Source: Lepidodermella squamata (taxonomy: Eukaryota; Animalia; Gastrotricha). From it: 64,000 nucleotides of DNA. The position numbers were made by a program, and so were the translations under genes. Shown one piece after another: positions 28,201-39,290 of this stretch. The notes beneath the pieces are model-generated. The model did no database searches, was not told where the DNA came from, and worked only from the letters and a program-made list of their open reading frames with translations. The stretch lies in contig JBLDXI010000042.1 in assembly GCA_047495785.1 (NCBI GenBank), positions 4,588,001 to 4,652,000 of the forward strand, read 5' to 3'. How positions within the stretch are numbered: position 1 is the first letter of the stretch; each line of letters opens with the position of its first letter.

Positions 28201-29953
28201 CAGTGCAGCGAGAGTCTCCGGAGCTCCAGCAACCGCCATCACCTGCGCTTGCTGGCAGCACGCGTATTTGATCTCCCCGCAAATAGCCGCAAACATATTT
28301 TAAAAAGTCAAATTCAAATGAGTCAAAGGTTTTTATTTGGCTGACAAACAATTATCGATTTTTTGTGAGAGTTTTTTGCTCACCTTCCGAATTTGGCGGC
28401 GTTCAAGTTGCTTAACTTGTTGCCGTTTACCACCACGTTTGCCTCGACTCGATCCATCTGGACTTGCATGTTGACCGCGTTCGCTTCGATTCGGTTCAGC
28501 TGGGCTTGCATGTTCATCAGCAGTTGGACAACCTACTGCTGGCCACCTTGGCCTTCGCCTTCGACAAACGCTGGAAAATTGGCTCGAACGCGTTCCATCG
28601 GATAATGGATGAAAGTTCGCAACGTTGGTAGGAAATTGTCAATGAGTAGCGAGGCTATGTTTAGAACAGTCGGGCGATTTCCCCAGGCGCACCTTGCTGA
28701 GGCAAATCCGCGACGTCAATCGTCGAAAGCGGGGCAATGTGCGCATTCAGCGCCTGCAGCCGTTCGACCAAATCAACGGGAGCTGCCATCTTGGATGCGA
28801 TGTAGAGACATCAGCGAAAAATCAGCAAAAAGAAAAATCAGCGCGATATAAATAATAAGAGTGAGAAACAGTCGAATTCTTAAGAATATTCTCTTAGAAG
28901 TGGAATAGAGGAGTCACAAAGCGATTATCTGACTGTGAATCAAGTCAAAAAATATTGTTTTCAGAAGTAATCTTCACCTGGCTAGTAACAAAACGTGGGA
29001 AACAACAAACGCGCCAGAAAAAAATATTCTCAAGTTGTTGGATGAACAACGATTTGAAAAGTTATGGGGCATGCTCGTTTGACTGTTTTATAAAATTGTC
29101 ATTACTAATTTTTTGAATTTTCGCCATTTTTTAATTCAATTTTTCAGTTTCGCTTTTGAATTTTTTTATAGTTGATTCCTAATGTCCGTTTTAAATTTGA
29201 ATTTACGTTTCAATTTTTTAGCTACGCCTTCGAAGTGCCGATGCGCCAGTTGAGACGAAAAAGCACCTCGGTCATGGTATCAGCGATGTTTTCTCGAAAA
29301 GCACCCGCCTCGACGCACCCAGCAACACAGCGGGCCCGATTCTAGCCGGCTGCAACCGCCTGCTATTCGGCCCAAGCGGATCGGGAATTGGCGAATTCGG
29401 CAAATTCGACGTGGCCGATGTCCGCGGAATGGCTGTTCAGCTGACGAAATTGGTCGACGCGAATTCGTCTGGCCAGGCTGGAAATGCCAACATCATGAAG
29501 GCCTTCGCACGCCAGGCTAACCCTAGCACAGCTACGAAACGGCCGAGACCGGTTGAAACGCCGAAATTGAGCCAAAAACTGGCAAAAACCACGAATATTT
29601 CGCCGCCGAAATCACTGAAGCGTATCGTGCTGGCGAAGAAAGTCGTACCCAGGCCGCAGCTGATCGGCGTTTCGAGTTTGAACGAGGTGTGTGAGCTGAT
29701 TGACGAGTGGCTAGTTGCCTCTCCGACGCCGCAGGCTGATGATTTGGAGATGATAACTAATTACCTAGTCGCTGTCATCGAATTCGGTGATGCGTGTCAC
29801 GTTTATGACGTGTTGCGGTTTATGCGCGGCAAAATCGGCCGTGATTCTGGCGAATCGATGTGGTTGAATGCGTTTGAACACGTGATACTGTTCAGCGTGG
29901 AACAGAAGCTCAAATCTTTGTACGGGCAGGGTGCGAAAATTCCTGACATTTGA
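25287..29953 (+). CDS. REV1: DNA repair protein REV1 (BRCT, Y-family polymerase, C-terminal domain), about 794 aa
   Basis: Exons 25287-25914, 25967-26879, 27048-27159, 29222-29953. BRCT (IFEGVSVYIDGYTEP..RPEWITES), N-digit FYGNSRLHHLS, IMHIDLDCFF, SEIASCSYEAR, PVSCDEAYVD, RKSVSVDINYGMRF, HLGHGISD, and CTD ending LYG. Confidence 0.93.
28081..28790 (-). pseudogene. Copy 1 of dispersed coiled-coil family with Mug135/DUF1773-like C-terminus, antisense in REV1 intron 3
   Basis: Reads MAAPVDLVERLQAL..QQGAPGEIA, then ERVRANFPAFVEGEGQGGQ*, then MAVAGAPETLAALNAMNT..LLEFY..LRSLKNFLGFK. Clear identity to the copies at 42.9 and 58.6 kb; carries deletions and a stop. Confidence 0.75.
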
Positions 29954-30068
29954 TCAAAAACATTTGAATTTGCATGTTTTAATGATATCTCAACTTGGAT
30001 GTGACCATTTTTACGATTTTTATTAAAATAAACCTGGTTGACCATCGTTTTTTCAATTATTTGTTTTG

Positions 30069-30476
30069 CATAGAGAAAAAATGACCAGAGAAAGCACTCA
30101 AGCTAAAATTTCTAAATCTTCATTTTAATTCAAAGTTGACTTTCTCAAAACGGATATGTCCGTTTTCTACCAAATTTTGCATGCCTATTGAACACGAGCT
30201 GCTCTTTCACGTGGTATAAGATTTGAGGTGGGCAACCCAACCGTTGCTACGATACAAAAACCTCGTTTTCACTATGGTTTTACTTATTTTCATGATATCA
30301 AGACTGAGCAGCAATTGCCCACCTCAAATCTTATACCACGTGAAAGAGCAGCTCGTGTTCAATAGGCATGCAAAATTTGGTAGAAAACGGAGATATCCGT
30401 TTTGAGAACGCACTTCTATAATAATGGAGATCAATATTTTAGCTTGAGTGCTTACTCTGGTCATTTTTTCTCTATG
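30069..30476. mobile_element. Foldback (near-palindromic) MITE, P-element-like termini, copy A
   Basis: Ends CATAGAGAAAAAATGACCAGAG ... CTCTGGTCATTTTTTCTCTATG; 8-bp TSD TTGTTTTG; long internal inverted arms. Confidence 0.85.
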
Positions 30477-32739
30477 TTGTTTTGATAAAATGAGTACGGT
30501 AAAAATCGGGATTTGAACCCGAAGTTGGAAGCAAAACGGTGTTCTATTGTGTTCCACGGATATGGAGAATCGATAAAAAATCTATGAATGTGCTCAGCTT
30601 ACCCAGGTGATATCAAATTGTTCGTTTCGTTTCGTGGCAATTTTTCGAGTTTCAAAATGGCGAAACCCACGAACAGATGCAGCGATCGGTGAATAAAGAG
30701 AAAAATTTTCGCGCTTGAATGGAAATCAAAGCAAGTGGCTGCCATTATCATTGTCATTCGGATGGCCCCCCTCTTTCTTCTTTCGAAAATTCTTCTTTCT
30801 GCGTTGCTTAGGCGTGAGTCCGAAATTGCTTTTCGGCCGATTTTCGGTATATTCTCGGCCTATTATATTAGCATACTCTCAGCTGTGAATGTGAATGAAA
30901 TTGTGACTGCGGTGTGAAAAGGGCGCGCTGTTAAAATGGCGCCCAAGTTTTTCTCACCCGTTCGAAATTTTCCAGGGCTTGTCCTTCGACCGGCGAGGGT
31001 TCCGCTACTGTTTACTTAATTTCTCGGCATGAAGCTGTTTCGCGTTTTTAGGTTACCTGCTCGATATTTTCCAGGGTCGGAAATTCTTCACCGCTTCGGG
31101 TCACGCCTGAAATTGCGTGCGTACTCATTAATTGCGAGTTCGTGCGAATTACCCACAAGCATCACCCCTACTTGGGAACACCTTGAAACCAGTAAATTTC
31201 TGCCCCAATTTCTGGGCTGATAACTGCAAGTAACAGCAAACGCGACAAAACAGCGAAAAATTGCTGTGTAAAAGATGCACTGAGTTCGCAAATAGAAAAA
31301 TTCGCTGTTTTGCGCTTTGCTGTTCAACTTTTAAAATCACTTCTAATTTTGATTTTAATAACAGTCCTCTTTCCTGTTTAGATGAGAGATTCCGAAAATG
31401 TATTGAAATGCCGTGTCAACAGGGTGGCTGGTAGAATCACCACAGAAATAGGCCGCCGCCTCATCGCTCCTCACCAAATCTGTCCCCGTGTGATCTTGCC
31501 TGGTTACGACCAGACCTGCTCAGGTGAACGCAAGACTGAAAGCGTCGCGCCTTATCGATATCAATCGGTGTCGAAGCCAATTATCGCGGTCACTAGCCGA
31601 CAGCAACTGTCTGTTGTCAATTACAAGTTTCGATTCTCTCGCAAGCGGCTGATTCAGCAGATAGCTTCAAAGCTCAAAACTCGAGCAAAACGGAAACTCG
31701 GGCTGAAACGGCTGAGGCACCGCGCATTCCCGCTATCGAAGTCCAAAATATCGCAAAATGTTTACAAGAATTCGGCTTTCCCGATCTGCCGTCTGAAAAA
31801 CACCTGCCGAAAATTCGTCGGATTATAATCGATTTGAAGGTGTGTTTGGCAAACTGAGCCTCAACATTACAAGCCGCGCAGCCCCAGTTCTCGGCTCGCC
31901 TTCTTCGCCAGCAAAGTTGATGCTGATCGTCACTGTTAATATATGTATATGCATAATTGAATGACACGCTGCGGTTTTTAGGACATTTTTCAAGAACAAG
32001 AAATAAAACAGGAATTACTGCTGACGAAAATTTTCTTTATTTCTTTATTTTTTCACCGCATCTGAGATTTCTGAGACGCGAGAGATCTGCGTTGAAACAC
32101 CTCCGCAGCAGTCGAAATGCGGATCCGTGATAATTACAGTTTTCTCAGCTGAGAGTTACGCAACGCTGCTTCCGGCGCTCGCTTAGTCACTTGACCCTCA
32201 GCGTAAAGGGGAGTGCAGTACATTTTCATCATCAGCCGAGAATAGTCTCATAATATGATGGTGTGGTCGTGAGGTGGTGACGTTTTTTGTGGTGGATGAT
32301 GGCCATTCCGTATGCGAGCGCATAAATCATAGAGCATCGAAAACTATCTGTTAATTGTCCAAATTTAAGCATACATATTTTCGATCGCCGAAAATAGGGT
32401 GAAAAAACGTAAAATCGTAATCTATTGGATAGAAATCGGCAACCCCCTCCCACACCTTTGCAGCAACGTCATTGAAACGAAACGAAAAGCTTTTTATTCT
32501 GCCCTTTCTTGAAAATAATCAATTACACCTAACAAAAATATACAGGATGGAAGTGAAAAAAGGCTCGGGCACAGTTCATATTGAAGTCTGAATGAAGGAC
32601 GCTGATTTTTAATCCTCGAAAAACATTTTCGTCCAAAATCACCCTCCTCTACGGTAATCAGAACGCCAAAATTCATCAAGTTAAATGAGCGCATCAACTG
32701 TTATTGTCTTTGGTCAGGCCAGAACTCTTGGGTCAGCTG

Positions 32740-32986
32740 GGTAATCTAACACCTAGCTATACGAACTAGAGAATGGCATAACAACAGCAATTCCCCAATG
32801 AATATCTACTATAATGCGCCGCCAACTCATCTCCTTTTCCTCGCAAACCTTCACGGCGTAAATGAAATTTGCACAGGTGCCACCGGTTAGGAGGCTATAA
32901 AATACAGTTGAGTCGTCGTAAAATTTCACTTTTCTTTCTCCTGCGAAATAATATCACTCTGTTCGACTAAATTGGTTTCCCCCTCA
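32740..32986 (+). promoter_or_regulatory. Promoter/5'UTR of peptide gene 1, conserved with gene 2
   Basis: AATGAAATTTGC(A/C)CAGGTGC (E-box), then GGCTATAAAA TATA box near 32895, then CGTAAAATTTCACTTTTCT; shared with 36945-37185. Confidence 0.7.
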
Positions 32987-33520
32987 ATGAACAAATTGCT
33001 GATTGCCATCTTGTTAACGGTATAACGCAACACTCCTAAATGACATTTAGCATTTATAGCTCATTTTCCCACCAAACAGGCTGTCGTAGCTGTATATGGC
33101 GAGGAAGAAGAAGCTCGTGGAAATTCTGAAAAGGTCCCCCGAACTGGTCTGAGCAAAGCAGTACACTCAGCAGCTAATGCTGTCGTGAAAGTTGCTCATA
33201 CAGCCAGCAAATCGGCGAAGACGGCTGGCAAAGGGGCTCAGATCAAGTCAAAATTCTCAAACAAAGTGAACGAGGCCAAGCGCGGAATAATTAAAGGACT
33301 GGCTAACCTGGCTCACAAGCCCGGCAAGAAGGCGACAGATTTTGCCAAAAAACATGCCGCGAATACAAAGGCCGAAAAGTCAAAATTCTCAAACAAAGTG
33401 AACGAGGCCAAGCGCGGAATTTTAAAAGGACTGGCTAAGGTGGCTAAACAGGTCGGCAATAAAGCGACGGAGTTTGTCAAAAAACACGCCGGGCAGGTAA
33501 AGACCGACAAGGTCGCATGA
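32987..33520 (+). CDS. Secreted cationic amphipathic peptide precursor 1 (antimicrobial/cytolytic-like), 157 aa
   Basis: Exon 1 32987-33019, GT-AG intron, exon 2 33080-33520. Signal MNKLLIAILLTAVVAVYG, then EEEEAR, then two 44-aa repeats each with EAKR followed by GIIKGLANLAHK.. or GILKGLAKVAKQ... TATA box upstream and AATAAA at 33669. Confidence 0.75.
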
Positions 33521-33727
33521 ACTGGTTTTCAAAGATGAATGCTGCGAGACGACTTATTCCACATGGGAGAATGTATTATTGCTTCATGAAGCCTTGGGAC
33601 TAATAGAGATCTATCTATTAGTCCCAAGCATGAAGCAGTACAAGATTCGTGGGATGAAGAACTGAAGCAATAAAAATCAACATTGGGAGTATTTTCTCCT
33701 GTTGATTGCTTTTTGTTATTTTCCATC

Positions 33728-34136
33728 CATAGAGAAAAAAATGACCAGAGTAAGCACTCAAGCTAAAATATTGATCTCCATTATTATAGAAGTGCGTTCT
33801 CAAAACGGATATCTCCGTTTTCTACCAAATTTTGCATGCCTATAGAACGCGAGCTGCTCTTTCACATGGTATAAGATTTGAGGTGGGCAATTGCTGCTCA
33901 GTCTTGATATCATGAAAATAAGTAAAACCATAGTTAAAACGAGGTTTTTGTATCGTAACAACGGTTGGGTTGCCCACCTCAAATCTTATACCTCGTGAAA
34001 GAGCAGCTCGTGTTCTATAAGCATGCAAAATTTGGTAGAAAACGGAGATATCCGTTTTGAGAAAGTCAACTTTGAATTAAAATGAGGATTTAGAAATTTT
34101 AGCTTGAGTGCTTTCTCTGGTCATTTTTTCTCTATG
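33728..34136. mobile_element. Foldback MITE, P-element-like termini, copy B (inverted relative to copy A)
   Basis: Near-identical to 30069-30476, with its own 8-bp TSD TTTCCATC (33720-27, 34137-44). Confidence 0.85.
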
Positions 34137-35210
34137 TTTCCATCTAATAGGCGATAATAGGCGATGGTTAAGTTCACGTCTTATTGATGCTACATGACAA
34201 TTGATGCTACAATGAAGCTCAAAAGTTATGTAGCGTCTCTCATCTCTTATTGCCTTAAACAGGAAATTCACTAGCTGAGCAATTTAGCACGCCACTATCA
34301 GAGCTGGTACGGCATAATAACATCGATTCAATATAATAAGCCGCCAACTTTCTCCCTTTCCTGCAACGTGAAACGTGAACGAAAATGGTAACAGATAACA
34401 GGTGCCTGATATTCACGTCCGGAAATCGGTTTTACTGATGTACAATACTTATTACTTATGGAAGCATAAGTGGCCCCACTGCCCCGCAGTCACCCGAATC
34501 GGCCCTATTGAACCAGGTTCCATAGCTTCAAATGGATTTTATGCGTAAAATAGCTGCACTGCATTGCTGCGACCTCAAAAAAAACGAATGCAAAAACATA
34601 CTTCGAAACGTAACTTTATTTTTTTCACAAAGCAGCAATAACAGAGGAGGAGCTCCCTCGATCCTATAAATAGAAAATTTTAGATTCCGACAGCCGCGTA
34701 GCAGAATGTTTTCTCCAACTAAATAACTCATAACTTTGGCAAAGACAATCTGCACAAAATAACACATAGAACGAACAACCACATACCGAAATGGATGCGA
34801 CTGAAATAATGATAATAATTGAGTAGATCATACAAATTAAGGAACTTTCAGCACGCAATTATTCATCAGAGAAATTGCAGGAAAAATGTCTTGACTCGCA
34901 TAACGTGGCTCTCACGGGTCACATTTGCATCACTGAGTTTATAGTGTACAGTTAGACAACCAGCGGTTGAAATTTCGTGATTTCGAAATTACATTGCAGT
35001 AGGGCACCTTCAAGCAGCTGCAATGTGAGATGCCTACAAATGCAAGCAATTTTAGGGTGGAAATGAAATGGTTTTATAAGTGGGTGAACAAAATGGCCAA
35101 GTGTTGGATGGCTTCGAAGCGAGCGAGGAGGAAATGAGGAAAAATACCAGTCAATAAAAACGGCATCTATGTTTCCAATGTTTTTTATTACTATGTAGCT
35201 AGCTATATAA

Positions 35211-35590
35211 TCATGCAGCGTGTTTGAACACGAAAACCGATTCGTCGAGCAGGTAGTACGGCGCGGACATGTCGCCCTCGCACAGATACGGCAACATGGT
35301 GAACGAGTGGATTTCAAAGCCGAGCGGGCGCATCAGCTCGATGAACGACGCCGCCTGCTCTTCGTAGGACTAGCCGCGAATGTTCAGCGTTTCGATGGGC
35401 TCCGTCGAGTTGCCCATCTCGACGTAGGGACAGAACGAGAAGGCATGCGCGACGATCAAATAGCCGTCCTTTGCCAGTTTGAGCTTCATTTGCTTGATCA
35501 GCGAGATTAGAAGTGAGCAGCGGTCGAGCACGTTGAGGCACGCAATCGCGTCGTACATTATGCCGTGGTCCGTCCACGATTCAGCTGTTA
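35211..35590 (-). pseudogene. METTL9: METTL9 (protein-L-histidine methyltransferase) 3' exon fragment
   Basis: YDAIACLNVLDRC..PYVE..LNIRG*SYEEQ..FTMLPYLCEGDMSAPYYLLDESVFVFK; in-frame TAG at 35370-72; no upstream exons seen. Confidence 0.85.
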
Positions 35591-36137
35591 ACAAGCTATG
35601 AAACAAAATAACATGATGTAACAGTATGTTTTCCGGTATTGATATGTTTTTGATATCATAAATGACTCAGATGTTGACGTGTCTGTAGAATGTTGGTTCT
35701 CCCCACAGTTAAGACTGCAAAGACCTTCTGTCTGATCCGACCTTAGCAGGACATAAATTTTATTCGTAGCGTCGTCCTTTATTTCCTGCTAGAATAACAT
35801 TTTTTATTTCCCTTTCTCGTGAATTTGACGAACGAAATCTAACGAAAGCCATGCGACTGCGAGCGCGGATTCTCGGCGATGAACCTAATCAAAAACAAAG
35901 GGCGCAATCAACTACTACCCTTTCACTTGGATCAACTCATGCGTATCAGCTTGGCCGCCGTTTCCGTCACGCTTTTCAACTACAAATCCGCTTACGCGAT
36001 TTGGATCACCAAGAAAAGCCTCCATCAGGGGCATCATTCAGGGAAATTTCAAACACCAAATCGATCGTTAAAAACACGCTGATTCATTCAAGCATTGATT
36101 CTCTGAAAATTCCGTACATTCAAGCTATAAATCTTAC

Positions 36138-36655
36138 CGAAATTCGGATGATCGAACTTGAACTTAGGCTGCGGCTCAGCAAAAACGTTCGCATGTGAAA
36201 TCGCACGACATGCGGCAGTTCGAAGACGTATTCGGGGTGCTTGTAGCCCTGGTGCTCGCGCATGTTGAACAGCTCCGAGTACAAGCGATGCGCCTGGATA
36301 GGCGCGATGTACGACGTGTACGACGACGGGATGCTGATGCCGCCGTCCTTCTTCAACAAATGCTGCGCTCCGTCCAGGCACTCGGGCGACAGCTCGTTGT
36401 CGCCGAACGAGCCGAGCAGTTTTGAGACCAAGCTGTCGGCGAGTTGCGGCGGTTTCCACTGCCGCATGTCGCTCGCGATGATTGTCACGTCGTCGTTCGC
36501 CCACTCGGTGACGCGGCGGTTGCGCAGCGTCACGATCGCGTTCGGGTTCTTCTTAACCGCGTACACTTTCACGAGGCAGTCGGTTTTGCGGGCGGTTCGC
36601 AGCGTAGCGGCAACCAACGGACCTCGACCGGCGCCAACCACCATGACAACAACGC
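36138..36655 (-). pseudogene. PRMT5: PRMT5 single internal exon, inactivated
   Basis: [60 protein letters not shown]. Acceptor and donor sites are retained. E-to-K changes in the VEKNP and VSELLG motifs, and a frameshift near 36195. Confidence 0.88.
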
Positions 36656-36944
36656 TGGAAATTTAAAAAAAATACATTCAAAAATCATTTCAAGACCAAA
36701 AAATTCCATGATCTCACCAAGAGTTTATTTTCAATCAGGTATATAGAATGAGTTCGTTTTCTGGAGTGGGGGATTTATCGCTGTTATTATCCCCTCGAAG
36801 TTTTCTTTTCTTTCATTTTGACATCGTAAAAAAAGATGAACGGATTCGACAACCGTTATGAATTATATATTATACAATATAAACAATATAAATATATTAT
36901 TATATATTTTCTGGCTAGAAATTTATAGCGGCTGTTCAAATTCG

Positions 36945-37185
36945 CACCTAGTTCATCGAGCCAGCGCGGCTTAACAACGGCGATTCTCCAATGAAAAACT
37001 ACCATACCACATACGACACCGCTAACTTTCTCCCTTTCCTATCACGTGAACTCACGTGAATGAAATTTGCCCAGGTGCTCATCAGTTAGCAGGCTATAAA
37101 AACGGCTCAATCGGCGTAAAATTTCACTTTCTGCTCTACTGCAAAATTATCATCTCTGTTCGACTCGAATTTTTTCTCTCCCGCA
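36945..37185 (+). promoter_or_regulatory. Promoter/5'UTR of peptide gene 2
   Basis: Two CACGTG boxes, AATGAAATTTGCCCAGGTGC, and GGCTATAAAAA TATA box near 37095; colinear with the gene 1 promoter. Confidence 0.7.
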
Positions 37186-37653
37186 ATGAACAAATTGCTG
37201 ATTGTCATTTTGCTGGCGGTTTGTCCTTAACACAAGACTACTCGGTGGCATTCTTACTATTTTTCATTCCAATAGACTGTTTTAGCTGCATACGCTGAGG
37301 AGGGAGCTCGTATCGTTCGTGACAAGCAAAACGCCCATCACATACGATCCTCAAGCAAAGCTCCTCATAAGTCGGGGAACAAGGCCCACGGAACGACAAA
37401 AGGAGGGCATGCCGCAACTAAGCCTAATGGTAAGGTTCCAACAACCAGCAAGGCTGTGAAGAACAGCAAAGTCTCAGCGCAACCCAAAGAGGCCAAGCGC
37501 ATATTTGGAAAGATTGGTAAATTTGCTGATAAGGTCGTCAAGAAGGGAAAAGATCTGTACAATAAGATTCCTCAAGGCGTGAAGGATGGCGTGAAGAGCA
37601 ATGTCAAGACTGCATTACCTCAAGGCGTGAAGGACAAGGTTAAGAAAGCATGA
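37186..37653 (+). CDS. Secreted cationic amphipathic peptide precursor 2 (paralogue of 32987-33520), 136 aa
   Basis: Exon 1 37186-37218, intron at the same codon position, exon 2 37276-37653. Signal MNKLLIVILLATVLAAYA, EEGAR, then EAKR followed by IFGKIGKFADKVVKKGKDLYNKIPQGVKDG...KVKKA. AATAAA near 37733. Confidence 0.75.
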
Positions 37654-38735
37654 GCCAAACTTCAAAGTTCACTGGCGCGTGCTCGTTTATTCTACTCGTG
37701 AGGATGTTTTGTTGCGGAATGATGAATGAATGAATAAATAAAAATGCGGTTGAAGACATACGTTGAATTACTTCTGAGAGTAAGCGTGAAATTCGGGTAA
37801 AATTATGAAAAAATCCCTTCGATCACCTCATTTTTGGGTAAAATTTTAATTATTCCGTAATAATTCAGATGTATTCCCAGACAAAGTGAAACAAACTGAA
37901 AGAAAGCTCGAACATATCGAAAAAATTTGATGCACCTTTCGATCACAACCCCCGATGCCTTGAAACAAGCCTGACTTAATTTGTTTCATTGGAGTTGTTA
38001 ATTTTAATATTGATAGAAGCTGCTTTCACGCTTAGGAACCTTAACTTTGAAAAAACGTTTTCAATTCTTAAAAATTTGCTTTTCGTCTGAAAAATTCGCA
38101 AAAAATGCCTGGAATAATCTGGATTGGCTGGTAAATTACCGGGGACCAATTACCGGGGAGCGGTAAAATTTTGATAAGGCCCGAGCTCTTTCTAATTTCC
38201 AAAAAATTGGTATCTTCAGATAAAGAAAAATTAATGACACCGTTAGAAAGTCCTTCAACTGAACCTAGTTTTTATATATTAAGAACGTTCAAAAATTGCT
38301 AATAGCTATTCCCGTAACAGCAAGGTGTGAAAAGGTACAGTGTTTTCTAATTGGCATTGATCTGATTCAAGCGATGATTCATCGCGCGCGCACCTGTTCC
38401 TGGCCGCTATTTCGTCATGTCATTTGATGTCATTATTATATTTTCAATTCGCTTCAATTCATTTTCATCTATCTCATCACTATTCTACCTGGGTGAGGAG
38501 ATGCAAAGAGTTAATTTTGCCATTTTCAATTCTTATCGCTTAACAAAATTCATCGCCAATAATCGAATCGAAATCGGGAAAAAACTCGATACTCGTCAAC
38601 TATAGGAATGTTTCGGAAATTTTATGACGAACAGCCAATGTAGCCTAGCAAGAAGAAAAAAATGGTGTCAAAAGTGTACCGCTCCCCAGTAAGTACCCAT
38701 CATTTGCCATCCGATTGATGACGGCGTGGTGGCTG

Positions 38736-39290
38736 AGGTGCGTTTTTTATTAAAACCGAGGTGCTATTGTTCAGCGCTGTGATCAATTTTTCGGTGAGAT
38801 TCGCAACAGAGAAATCACAATCGGCACGTCTATCATGAACTGACCGGCTCGAAGTGCGGTCAAGGCCGGTCAGAAAAGACAAATCCCCGCGCGGATTAAG
38901 AACATTTGGCCGCGGCTAAATCGTGACATGGCTGTAATTAATTTACGACCATGCAACATGTGACCCTCGTTAATTTCTGACCCCATGTCTTAAGAGCTAA
39001 TTTTATCAAAACTACGCAAAAGGTTTTTTATTTTCTCCGCAATTATCGAACATGAAATCGATTTTGAAAAAATCGATCAATTTGGTAAAATTTTTGAAAA
39101 TTCAAAGCGTTTTAGGCGATTTCTGACCTTTATTTTGAATCCAAACTTGCCGACAAGTTCGAATTTCTTAATTTTCAATTTTTGAGTTTTTGATGGGGTT
39201 TGAGAAGCTTTAACTTTTCTTGTGTGTCATCTGGCGTTAATAGATGTAATTAGTCTGAAGCACACCACGGTTTTAATAAAAAACGCACCT
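38736..39290. mobile_element. Non-autonomous PIF/Harbinger (Tourist-like) element
   Basis: TIR AGGTGCGTTTTTTATTAAAACCG(A/T)GGTG at both ends; 3-bp TSD CTG. Confidence 0.75.

Noticed and set aside
30223-30405. Duplicated 60-aa ORF (also 33800-33982)
   Set aside because: Chance ORF with a non-ATG start inside the foldback MITE.
31382-31967. 148-aa basic ORF and overlapping frames
   Set aside because: No recognisable domain or coherent exon chain.
35851-36198. 115-aa + ORF as a third peptide paralogue
   Set aside because: No signal exon, no EAKR site, and it overlaps the PRMT5 fragment antisense.
35211-37653. Functional link between METTL9 (His methylation) and the His-containing peptide precursors
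   Set aside because: The METTL9 fragment is partial and has a stop, and the precursors lack clear HxH motifs; proximity alone is not evidence.
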